From Planctomycetota bacterium (GTDB lineage Bacteria > Planctomycetota > UBA8108): DNA of 59,753 nt. The stretch lies in the NCBI GenBank assembly GCA_965659285.1, contig CBFHWB010000004.1, positions 1-59,753 on the forward strand, given 5' to 3'. Below, piece after piece: positions 10,529 to 20,436 of the stretch. Below the pieces are notes generated by a model. The model was not told where the DNA came from and searched no databases. It saw only the letters and a list, made by a program, of their open reading frames with translations. The position numbers and the translations under genes were made by a program. The first letter of the stretch is position 1; the number at the start of each line of letters is the position of its first letter.

Positions 10529-11410
10529 ATGGCCGGCCTGAAGGATATCAAGAAGAAGATCACCTCGATCTCCAATACCCGGAAGATCACCCGGACGATG
10601 GAGATGGTCGCCGCTGCCAAGAGCAAGCAGACGATCGACCGGGTCGAGGCTTCGACTCCCTATTCCAGCAAGCTCACCGAGCTTCTCAACAGCCTCACCG
10701 GCGGGCAGAACGTCGACCACTTCCTTGTCCGTGAGAAGGAGAAGGTCCAGAAGAGCGCCCTGCTGGTGGTGACCGCCAACCGCGGTCTCTGCGGAGGCTA
10801 CAATACCAACGTCGCCAACCTGGCCGAAAAATGGGTTCGCGCGGAAGAGGCCGAGGGGCGTGAGGCCCATGTCATGATGGTCGGCAAGAAGGGGATCTCC
10901 CGCTTCCGGTTCCGCAAGGTCGAGGTTGCGGAGAAACGCACCGACATCGAGGACAAGCCGTCCTTCTCCCAGGCGGCGGAGATCGCGGATGGTTTTATCG
11001 AGAGCTTCCGCAAGGGCGAGGTGGACAGGGTGATGGTGGCGGTTACGCGCTACCACTCGGCGGTCGTACAGCAGGCCGATCTCTTCCAGCTCCTGCCGAT
11101 CATTCCTCCTGAAACAGACGAAGCCGATGGGGAGGAAGCCTCCCAGCAAAACACGGATTTCATCTTCGAGCCCGATCCGGAGAAGATCCTCGAAGACTTA
11201 TTGCCGTTTTCAGTCAAGCATACTATGTACCGCCTTCTGCTCGAGGCCGCCGCGGGTGAACAGATTGCCCGGCGGGTGGCCATGAAGCTCGCTACGGATA
11301 ACGCGGGCGAGCTGACCCGCTTCTATACGGGTAAGTACAACCGTGAGCGGCAGGCCAGTATTACGCAGCAGATTATGGAAATTGTAGGAGGTGCCGAGGC
11401 TCTCGACTGA
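10529..11410 (+). CDS. atpG: F1 ATP synthase subunit gamma
   Basis: KITRTMEMVAAAK, RGLCGGYN, ATDNA...NRERQASITQQI. Confidence 0.98.
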   Translation: MAGLKDIKKKITSISNTRKITRTMEMVAAAKSKQTIDRVEASTPYSSKLTELLNSLTGGQNVDHFLVREKEKVQKSALLVVTANRGLCGGYNTNVANLAEKWVRAEEAEGREAHVMMVGKKGISRFRFRKVEVAEKRTDIEDKPSFSQAAEIADGFIESFRKGEVDRVMVAVTRYHSAVVQQADLFQLLPIIPPETDEADGEEASQQNTDFIFEPDPEKILEDLLPFSVKHTMYRLLLEAAAGEQIARRVAMKLATDNAGELTRFYTGKYNRERQASITQQIMEIVGGAEALD

Positions 11411-12919
<1,509 letters not shown>

Positions 12920-12923
12920 TCAG

Positions 12924-13328
12924 ATGCCGCTTGATTGCACTGTTACCACACCCGAAGAGCTGGTTTTTGAAGGCGCCGTCGAATCGGTGACCGTACCGGC
13001 CGCTGATGGAGAGATGGGCTTTCTCCCCAGGCACGCCCCGCTTGTAGGGAGCCTCGGCTTTGGTGAATTGCGGGTCGCCTCCGGAGACGGCGCCAGGCAG
13101 GTCTTCTTTGTCAATGGAGGCTTTGTCCAGGTGGTGGATGGCCGCGTTACGGTGCTCGCGGTCGAGGCCCAGGCCGTGGCTGACCTCGATGCCGAGTCCG
13201 CGAAGGCGGACCTTTCCGAGCTCGAGAACTCGCCCCCGGAGTCGGGTTCGAGTATCGAGGATCTCGAGAAATATTCCCGTGCGCTTTCCGTGGCCCGCGC
13301 CCGGTTGAAGATTTCCGAGCGTGGCTGA
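12924..13328 (+). CDS. atpC: F1 ATP synthase subunit epsilon
   Basis: ATG at 12924; VTTPE...GEMGFLPRHAPL...VNGGFVQV. Confidence 0.95.
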   Translation: MPLDCTVTTPEELVFEGAVESVTVPAADGEMGFLPRHAPLVGSLGFGELRVASGDGARQVFFVNGGFVQVVDGRVTVLAVEAQAVADLDAESAKADLSELENSPPESGSSIEDLEKYSRALSVARARLKISERG

Positions 13329-13445
13329 GCTTCCTGCTGTGGAGCGCGCCGCGGGCTCGTTCGGGGCGCGCGAGGCGATGCTGTTCCGTTCGGAATTGGG
13401 ATCCCCGGTCTGTTTGACGCCGCCTGACCTAACCGTGGGGCAAAA

Positions 13446-14327
13446 ATGAGATTTTCTGAGATATACTCCGCCGCGGATTCCCCGGTAATCTCTTTCGAGG
13501 TCTTTCCCCCGAAGAGCGCTCGGGGGATGGACAGCCTGCGGGATGTATTGCCGAACCTGGTCGCCCTCGGTCCTCGCTTCATGACGGTTACCTATGGCGC
13601 GATGGGGACCACGAGAATCCGCACGGTGGAGATCGCCGCGATGATCCACAATGAATTCGAGCTCGAGTGCGCCTGCCACCTGACCTGTGTCGGCGCTCAC
13701 AGCGACCAGGTCGACGCGCAGCTCGATCACATTCACCGTCACGGGATCGAGAATATTGTCGCCTTGCGAGGCGATCCGCCCCGGGGGCAGGACAGCTTCC
13801 AGGCGGTCAAGGGTGGCTTCTCCTACGCCAACGAGCTTGTCGAACACATACGCTCGCGGGGTGGTTTCGATATCGCCGTTGGCGGTTACCCGGAGAAACA
13901 CGTCGAGGCGCCGGACATGGAGACCGACCTTGCCAATCTTGCAAGGAAGGTTGAAAGCGGGGCTGATGTCGTTATCACCCAGCTTTTTTACGACAACGAA
14001 TGCTTCTTCCGGTTCCTGGAGGAGGTTCGCAAGAGAGGGATCACCTGCCCTGTAATTCCAGGCTTATTGCCGATTCATTCCCAGGCGCAGGTGGAAAAGA
14101 TCGCCGGGCTCTGCGGGGCCGAGATCCCGGCCGAGTTGCAGCGCCGCCTGGAGACGGCCGGCGACGATTCGGAGGCCGCGGCCGAGGTCGGGGTGGACTG
14201 GTGCATCGAGCAGTGCTCGGGTCTCCTGGAGGCCGGTGTCGAGGGAATTCACTACTACGTGCTCAACAAGGCAGGGGTCATGGAGAAGGTCATTGCCGGT
14301 CTGCGTGCGCGGGAGCTTCTTATATAA
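13446..14327 (+). CDS. metF: 5,10-methylenetetrahydrofolate reductase
   Basis: SFEVFPPK, VTYGAMG, HLTC, ALRGDPP, GGYPEKH, ITQLFYD, HYYVLN. Confidence 0.96.
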   Translation: MRFSEIYSAADSPVISFEVFPPKSARGMDSLRDVLPNLVALGPRFMTVTYGAMGTTRIRTVEIAAMIHNEFELECACHLTCVGAHSDQVDAQLDHIHRHGIENIVALRGDPPRGQDSFQAVKGGFSYANELVEHIRSRGGFDIAVGGYPEKHVEAPDMETDLANLARKVESGADVVITQLFYDNECFFRFLEEVRKRGITCPVIPGLLPIHSQAQVEKIAGLCGAEIPAELQRRLETAGDDSEAAAEVGVDWCIEQCSGLLEAGVEGIHYYVLNKAGVMEKVIAGLRARELLI

Positions 14328-14330
14328 GAA

Positions 14331-14655
14331 GGACCCATGCGACGCTCGCCGATGGCTGTGAACACGGAGGGTTGGCTTCGGGGGTTCACGTCAAGGCGCC
14401 GATGGGTCCGGCCAGGAAAGGCTGTTGGATTGGCTGAAGGGTTGAAGTTCCCGGGCGGCCGGAGCCGCCCGGAACAGAGAAACGGTATCCAGGTTCCCAG
14501 TTCAGAGTTGTTAGAAGATTCAGCCGGGCGTTTTTCCGGCCGACAAGGCCGGGTCGCCTGAAGCTGATGATCCTTCTCCTAACTCCCGTAACAAGTACTC
14601 TTCGTGGGAGCGCCTTTCTTTAAGCGCAATTGCTGTTCCGTTTGGGAGAAAATCG
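14331..14655. ncRNA. Candidate structured RNA (tandem hairpins) between metF and dinG
   Basis: Four consecutive stem-loops readable by eye (14331-14409, 14447-14475, 14520-14567, 14574-14650); no convincing ORF. Confidence 0.35.
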
Positions 14656-14809
14656 TCACGCCGACCTAAATCGCAATTTTAAAAGGCCTTAGAGGAGCGG
14701 CGTGTTGGTTCCCGGTTTTCCTGCAATGTAAAGAGCGCTTGGCATCGTGTCCTGCCCGCCCGACTCGGGCGGACGCTGGAGAGCCGGCGGTTTCCGGCTG
14801 GAGCGCGTG

Positions 14810-14838
14810 CAGACATTCGACCCCGTGCTGAATATAAT
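14810..14838 (+). promoter_or_regulatory. Putative sigma70 promoter for the dinG-like gene
   Basis: CAGACA, 17 nt spacer, TATAAT (14833-14838). Confidence 0.45.
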
Positions 14839-14903
14839 CTTTTTCCCCGGTTTCCGCTGTTGAGGGCGCCGGCGTATTTTTTTTAGAGGTAAGAGCCTGG
14901 AAG

Positions 14904-17456
14904 ATGAAGCAGGTTGAACTCGAAATTCCTTCTGAAGCGGCGGGCTTTCTCCGCGAAGCCATCGCCCAGGCTCGCGGGAACGAGGTCTATTTTCTCGGGA
15001 AGGTACGCTGGGACGAGTCCCAGGCGGTTGCCAGTCTCGTCGAGGTCGAGGTCTTCGCCCGAGGCAACAACGTCTCGGCGCCGGCCATTCTCGCCGGGGC
15101 CGAGAGCTGGGACCTGGCGATCCACAACCATCCGAGCGGAGACCTGCAGCCCAGCCAGGCCGACCTGGCCGTGGCATCCGAACTGGGTAACCGGCAGGTG
15201 GGTTTTGTCATTATCGACAATGAGGCGACGCGAAATTACCTTGTGGTCAAGCCGTTCGTCCGCGACGAGCACCAGCCGGTGGATATTGAGGAGGTGCGCG
15301 GCATTCTCGGTCCCGGGGGAGTGCTCTCTAAACGGCTCGATGGTTTTGAGAGCCGTGAGGGCCAGGTAGAGATGGCTGTCGAGGTGGCCCGCTCGCTGAA
15401 CGAGAACCGGGTGGTCGCCGCAGAGGCCGGCACCGGGATTGGCAAGAGCTTCGCCTACCTGGTGCCGAGCATTCTCTGGGCGGTCAAGAACAGGCAGCGG
15501 GTGATCGTCTCCACCGGCACCATCAACCTGCAGGAGCAACTGGTGTCGAAGGATCTTCCCTTTCTCGCGGGAATCCTGCCTGTCGATTTCGAGTTCGCGC
15601 TCATCAAGGGCCGCTCCAACTACGCCTGCAAGCGCAGGGTCAAGGAGGCTCCTGAGCAATTCGACCTGGTCCCGGAGGATACGGAGGACCAGGAACTGCT
15701 TCGAGATCTCATCGAGTGGGCCAATACCTCCGGGGATGGCAGTCTCGCGGATCTCTCCTGGAAGCCGCCCCGGCGGGTCTGGGAGAAGATTCTTTCGGAG
15801 ACCGATAAGTCCCTCAAGGTCAACTGCGAGTTCTACCAGGAGTGCTTCTATTACCAGGCGAGGCGGAAGGCGAGCCGCTGCCAGGTGGTGGTCGCCAACC
15901 ATCATCTCTTCTTCGCCGATCTCGCGGTGAGGAGGCAGACCGGGGATTACCAGCTCGACCTGATCCTGCCGGGCTATTCCAGGGTGGTCTTTGACGAGGC
16001 CCAGCATCTCGAGGATGTCGCCAGCGAGCATCTCGGCGCCCGGTTCTCCAGACGCGGTATTCGCCAGCGCCTGGGGCGGATGAGGGCCATGCGAAAGGAC
16101 CGGGGCACCCTGGTGCTGCTGGCGAGAAAGCTGCGCCAGAACAGCGACCCCGTGGCCGCTGAGTCCATCGAGAAGGACTACGCTGTTCAGTTGCGCGATA
16201 TCGCTGTCTCCATTGATGACCAGTTTGGCGACCTGGAGGAATTGCTGAAGGCCCAGTGGCTGTCCCTGGAGGAAGGCTCCGGGGGGGGCTCGAGCCGGAC
16301 GATGCGCTACCAGCCGGATCCTGAGCGTTGGGATCTCTGGAATTCCATCCGGGACTACCTGCTTGGAATCCGCGGCGACCTCGAGCAGATCTGCCGCCTG
16401 AATGACAAGGCGCGCGCGACCGTCGAGAACTCGACTGTCCACGAGGATGTCCAGAGGAGTGTCCTGCTCGAGCTGGAGAGCTTCGGCAACCGCATGGCCG
16501 CGACTCTCGCCGGTTTCTCCCGCTTCAATGATCTCAAGGATGATTCCCAGGTGCGCTGGCTTGATTACCGCGAGGCCCGGGGGCGGGAGGACGGCGCGGC
16601 TCTCGGATTCTCCGTCGCCCCGATCTCGATTGCCGACGACCTGCGCGACGCGCTGTTTGATGTGCTGGATGCCGTGGTTCTCACCTCGGCCACGCTCTCG
16701 GTCGCCGGGCGGCCTGATTTTCTCGGTGAGAGACTGGGCTTTCTCGAGCTCCCCGCCGACCGATTCTCCTTCAAGCGTTTCGAGTCGCCCTTCGACTTCA
16801 AGCGCCAGGCCCTGATGGTGGTTCCAACCGATCTGCCCGCCCCTGACCAGGGAGGCTACGAGGAGGGCCTGCCGGAGGTCATCTTTGACCTGTTGAAGGC
16901 CAGCAAGGGAAGAGCCTTTGTGCTCTTCACCTCCTACGCCCTGCTTGGCAGGATGTACAAGCGCCTCGAGAAACCTCTCCTGGAACTGGGTTTTCATCCG
17001 ATGGCCCAGGGTCAGACCCAGCGCTCCGAGCTGCTCGCGAGGTTCTCCAGCAGCGACAATGGAGTGCTTTTTGGAACGGACAGCTTCTGGGAGGGAGTCG
17101 ATGTCAGGGGGAGCGCGCTCGAGCAGGTCATCATTACCCGGTTGCCGTTCAGGGTTCCGACCGAGCCCCTGCAGGAGGCTCGTCTCGAGGAACTGACCGC
17201 GAAGGGAATCAACGCCTTCAAGAACTATACGATTCCCCAGGCTGTTCTTCGTTTCAAGCAGGGCTTCGGCCGCCTGGTTCGCTCGAAGACGGACCTGGGA
17301 GTGATCTCGGTTCTTGACCAGAGGATCCTCACCCGGCGCTACGGAAAGACCTTCATGGAGTCCCTGCCGCCGGTTGACTGCTTCGCCTCATCCAGCGCGG
17401 CGGTGGTGGAGAGGGTGGAAGAGTTCTTTCGCGTCACCAGGGGAGGGGAGGCTTGA
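14904..17456 (+). CDS. dinG: DinG/XPD-family DEAH helicase with N-terminal JAB (RadC-like MPN) domain
   Basis: N-terminal GNEV...HNHPSGDLQPSQAD (JAMM motif); Q motif REGQ; EAGTGIGKS; KGRSNYAC; DEAQH; TSATL; SFWEGVD; QGFGRLVR. Confidence 0.9.
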   Translation: MKQVELEIPSEAAGFLREAIAQARGNEVYFLGKVRWDESQAVASLVEVEVFARGNNVSAPAILAGAESWDLAIHNHPSGDLQPSQADLAVASELGNRQVGFVIIDNEATRNYLVVKPFVRDEHQPVDIEEVRGILGPGGVLSKRLDGFESREGQVEMAVEVARSLNENRVVAAEAGTGIGKSFAYLVPSILWAVKNRQRVIVSTGTINLQEQLVSKDLPFLAGILPVDFEFALIKGRSNYACKRRVKEAPEQFDLVPEDTEDQELLRDLIEWANTSGDGSLADLSWKPPRRVWEKILSETDKSLKVNCEFYQECFYYQARRKASRCQVVVANHHLFFADLAVRRQTGDYQLDLILPGYSRVVFDEAQHLEDVASEHLGARFSRRGIRQRLGRMRAMRKDRGTLVLLARKLRQNSDPVAAESIEKDYAVQLRDIAVSIDDQFGDLEELLKAQWLSLEEGSGGGSSRTMRYQPDPERWDLWNSIRDYLLGIRGDLEQICRLNDKARATVENSTVHEDVQRSVLLELESFGNRMAATLAGFSRFNDLKDDSQVRWLDYREARGREDGAALGFSVAPISIADDLRDALFDVLDAVVLTSATLSVAGRPDFLGERLGFLELPADRFSFKRFESPFDFKRQALMVVPTDLPAPDQGGYEEGLPEVIFDLLKASKGRAFVLFTSYALLGRMYKRLEKPLLELGFHPMAQGQTQRSELLARFSSSDNGVLFGTDSFWEGVDVRGSALEQVIITRLPFRVPTEPLQEARLEELTAKGINAFKNYTIPQAVLRFKQGFGRLVRSKTDLGVISVLDQRILTRRYGKTFMESLPPVDCFASSSAAVVERVEEFFRVTRGGEA

Positions 17457-17460
17457 AACC

Positions 17461-18111
17461 ATGATGGACCGGGAAGGAGTCTCGACGCGTTTCGGGAGGG
17501 TCATACTCGCCGCCGGGCAGGCGGCGCGGATGGGGCAGCCGAAGGCGCTGCTGCCCTTCGGAGAGCAAAACGTGATCGAGCTGGTTTTCGCCGCGGGCGC
17601 GGCCGTGACCGGGACCAGCGTTGTGGTGGTGAACCCCGCCCTGGCTGACGTGCTGGAGGCCTTTCTGCCTGCAGGGGAGCAGGGGGTCGAGCTGGTGGTG
17701 AACGCGGATCCGGCCAGCGAGCAGATCGATTCTCTCAAGCTGGGGCTTGAGAGGCTGGCCGCGCTGCCGGGAGGGGTGGCCGAGTGGTTCTTCATTCATC
17801 CGGTTGATTATCCTCTCGTGGGCGAGGCCGACTATCGAGCTCTCGCCGAGGCCGCTGTCTCCGAGCAAGGTGAGGGAGCCGATCTCCTGCAGCCGGTCTG
17901 TGGGGAGCGCCGCGGCCACCCGATCCTCTGCCGGGGCTCCCTGGCCGGCAGCTTTCTCGAGCTGGAGGCAGGCCAGACGGCCCGCGACGTGGTTCGCTCC
18001 GCGAAGGTCCGGTACGTCCCCTCGGCCAACCCGGGGGTGGTGGATGATCTCGACACTCCGGAAGATTACTCCCGGCTGCTCGCCGTGCTGGAGGGAGGGG
18101 ATCAGGCCTGA
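17461..18111 (+). CDS. MocA/MobA-like NTP transferase
   Basis: ILAAGQAARMGQPKALL, PVDYP, RGHP, DDLDTPEDY. Confidence 0.85.
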   Translation: MMDREGVSTRFGRVILAAGQAARMGQPKALLPFGEQNVIELVFAAGAAVTGTSVVVVNPALADVLEAFLPAGEQGVELVVNADPASEQIDSLKLGLERLAALPGGVAEWFFIHPVDYPLVGEADYRALAEAAVSEQGEGADLLQPVCGERRGHPILCRGSLAGSFLELEAGQTARDVVRSAKVRYVPSANPGVVDDLDTPEDYSRLLAVLEGGDQA

Positions 18112-18605
18112 TCCCGCGTCTCCTCTTCTTTTCGCAGCGAGTCAAACTTTTCCAGCAGCGTCTCGACTGGAGCGGCATCGATGGGCGAGGCTCCCGCGCG
18201 GCTGTGGCGGACAAAGCCGCAGCGGTCGATGATGAAGCTCGCCGGCCGCGCGACATTGACGGCTCCCCAGGAGAACTTCTGGAAGACTCCGAAGGCCCGG
18301 CTCGCTTCAAGGTGAGCATCGATGAGCAGGCTGAAGGGACAGGTTCCCGCGTCGAGGAACTTGCCTGCTCCGTCGGTGTCCTCGCAGGAAACGACCAGGG
18401 GAGTTCCCTGGAACTCGCGGAACCGATCCCTGGAGGCGGCCAGCTCTGCGATCCGTTCCCTGGAGGCCGGATCCCAGGTGCCGCGGATGAACTCCAGCAG
18501 GACAGGTCCCTTCAGGAGGGTCGGGTGCAGCGAGATCTCGACATCATGGGGGGTCTTGAGGGTAAAGTCCGGGGCGGGATCCCCCTGTACCAGATGTTGC
18601 CGCAT
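18102..18605 (-). CDS. AhpC/TSA (peroxiredoxin-like) fold protein lacking CxxC
   Basis: GDPAPDFTL, GPVLLEFIRGTW-DPAS, PFSLLID, ARPASFIID. Confidence 0.75.
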   Translation of the reverse strand: MRQHLVQGDPAPDFTLKTPHDVEISLHPTLLKGPVLLEFIRGTWDPASRERIAELAASRDRFREFQGTPLVVSCEDTDGAGKFLDAGTCPFSLLIDAHLEASRAFGVFQKFSWGAVNVARPASFIIDRCGFVRHSRAGASPIDAAPVETLLEKFDSLRKEEETRDQA

Positions 18606-18687
18606 TGAGAGTCTCTCCTTTCCTTGCTCCTCCCCAAGGATAGACAGATGCGGTTCCTGTCTCAATCGCTTATCGCCGAAAGACTCG

Positions 18688-19392
18688 TCAGATGATGGCG
18701 CTGGCGGCGAGGCGCGCTCCGCAGTACTCCCCGGCTGTCCGGGTGATCTCTTCGAGTACGGAGTTGATATAACGACGAGGGTTCTCGGAGGGGGACCAGC
18801 AGACCGCGAGCGCTCGCCTGGTTTCGGAGGTGACCCGTGTCCTGTGAGAATCATGGCTGGGATTGCCGAAGGGACCTTCCCGGTCGACGCAGACGAAGCG
18901 GCCCTCCAGGTTCATCGAGCGGTCATGGATCGCCTTGAATTCTTCACCGGGCCGGCCGACCCGCACGGCGATCGGCGGGCTGATCGCGTCCCAGTCGTAG
19001 AGTCCCAGGGGGCATTGCAGCTTGAGACTGACGAGGTTGATGCAGTCAACCAGACTGTTGATGCTGGGGAGGGGCTGCTCTTTGAGAGCTCTGCGCAGGA
19101 GCCGCTCAGAGCTCGGGCGATCCCTGGTAGGGTCTATTCCAATGCGCCGATAGAGCTTCCTGGTGCGCGCGACAGCCTCGAGCTCTGAGGGTTTGCGATT
19201 CGTGCAGCTGAGCCGCAGCTCCCCGCAGAGCTCCTCCAATTCAAGAGCCAGTCCGGCTGCGGGGGGGCCATTCGTTATGTCTTCGAGAAAGACCACGCCG
19301 AGGCGAAGGAAGTTCCGGAGGGTGCCGGAAATCTCTAATTGTTCAGGTTGCATGGATGGAAGGCTCCAATCTCGCGGCATTTTACTCTTCAC
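18688..19392 (-). CDS. Free-standing B3/B4 (PheRS-beta editing-like) domain protein
   Basis: LYRRIGIDPTRDRPSSERLLRR, INSLVDCINLVSL...GLYD, DREGPFGNP. Start codon uncertain (19392 or 19380). Confidence 0.85.
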   Translation of the reverse strand: MKSKMPRDWSLPSMQPEQLEISGTLRNFLRLGVVFLEDITNGPPAAGLALELEELCGELRLSCTNRKPSELEAVARTRKLYRRIGIDPTRDRPSSERLLRRALKEQPLPSINSLVDCINLVSLKLQCPLGLYDWDAISPPIAVRVGRPGEEFKAIHDRSMNLEGRFVCVDREGPFGNPSHDSHRTRVTSETRRALAVCWSPSENPRRYINSVLEEITRTAGEYCGARLAASAII

Positions 19393-19511
19393 CCGCAGCT
19401 CGACCGGGAAAATCCCGCAAATAAACCAGGTTTGTTCCGCGCGCCTCCGAGGTGGAGGAATCTTCTTTTGAGTTCTCGAACCCGGGCTGAAAAAAAGGTA
19501 AAAAGTGACCC

Positions 19512-20414
19512 ATGAGCACGGAGGATGACATCGAGACGGATTCCGGTACGGCCGACAGCGCCCCCCGCACTCGGACCGAGGCGCTGATTCATCTTCTTGG
19601 AGATGATGACATCGATATTCGTTCCCAGGTCTGGGGCCATCTCGAGAAGCTGGGCAAGGAGGCGCTCGAGAGCGCTGAGGCGGCGGCGGAAGCTTCTGAT
19701 GACCCGGAGGTGAAGAGGCAGGCAGGGCGTTTCGCGCTCGAATACCATCGCCGGGAAGTGTTCAAGGAGTGGCTTCAGTTCTGCCGGGATCCCGCTCCGG
19801 ATCTCGAGGCAGGAGCTCTTCTCATCGCCCGAAGTGAATACCCCGAGCTTGACCCGGGGGTCTGTTCCAGGGTTCTGGATGAATTCGCCGGCGCGCTCGA
19901 GAGCCGCTCGAAAACAGCGGCCGGCGTCGATGCCCGCCTGGCCTCTCTCGTCGAGCTCTTGTCGAAGGATGCCGGCTTCAAAGGTAACGAGCAGGGCTAT
20001 TACGAGGCTGACAACAGCTACCTGAACAGGATCCTCGAGACGAAGCTGGGCATCCCCATCAGCCTCTCGGTGCTCTACCTGCTCGTCGCCCGCCGTTGCG
20101 GCCTGTCCCTTCACGGGGTCGCCCTTCCAGGGCATTTCATCCTGAAGTTCGATTCCGCGGAAACCGGCAAGCAGGCGGAGAAGTTTCTCGACCCCTTTCA
20201 TGGCGGCCGCCTGCTTACCGTCAGGGAGTGCGTCGAGCTGCTCGAATCAAGCGGCGAGAGCTTCCGCGATGAGCTCCTTGAGGCGGTAGACGACCGGGTG
20301 ATTCTCTGTCGAATGCTTGGCAACCTGCTCAATATTTACCATGGCGGCAGCGACAGGCGGCGCATGAACCGGGTTGCCGCGATGCTCAAGCTTCTGCAGG
20401 ACCCGCGCGATTGA
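19512..20414 (+). CDS. SirB1/transglutaminase-like family protein
   Basis: GFKGNEQGYYEADNSYLNRIL...GIPISLS...GVALPGHF...DPFHGG. Confidence 0.88.
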   Translation: MSTEDDIETDSGTADSAPRTRTEALIHLLGDDDIDIRSQVWGHLEKLGKEALESAEAAAEASDDPEVKRQAGRFALEYHRREVFKEWLQFCRDPAPDLEAGALLIARSEYPELDPGVCSRVLDEFAGALESRSKTAAGVDARLASLVELLSKDAGFKGNEQGYYEADNSYLNRILETKLGIPISLSVLYLLVARRCGLSLHGVALPGHFILKFDSAETGKQAEKFLDPFHGGRLLTVRECVELLESSGESFRDELLEAVDDRVILCRMLGNLLNIYHGGSDRRRMNRVAAMLKLLQDPRD

Positions 20415-20436
20415 GGGTGGCCGGAGGGCTGTCGCC

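Noticed and set aside
14514-14657. Hammerhead-like elements in type III order: GAUUC ... CUGAUGA-UCC...GGA-GAAA-AUC
   Set aside because: Stem I cannot close at the junction (A-G, G-A, C-A). Stem II would open with U-A instead of G-C, and TCAGC/GCTGA pairing sequesters the core. Probably chance.
14883-16997. 704-aa minus-strand ORF, and similar long ORFs such as 32266-34467, 37381-38478 and 51768-52898
   Set aside because: Antisense shadows of well-supported genes, typical of high-GC codon bias; no recognisable motifs.
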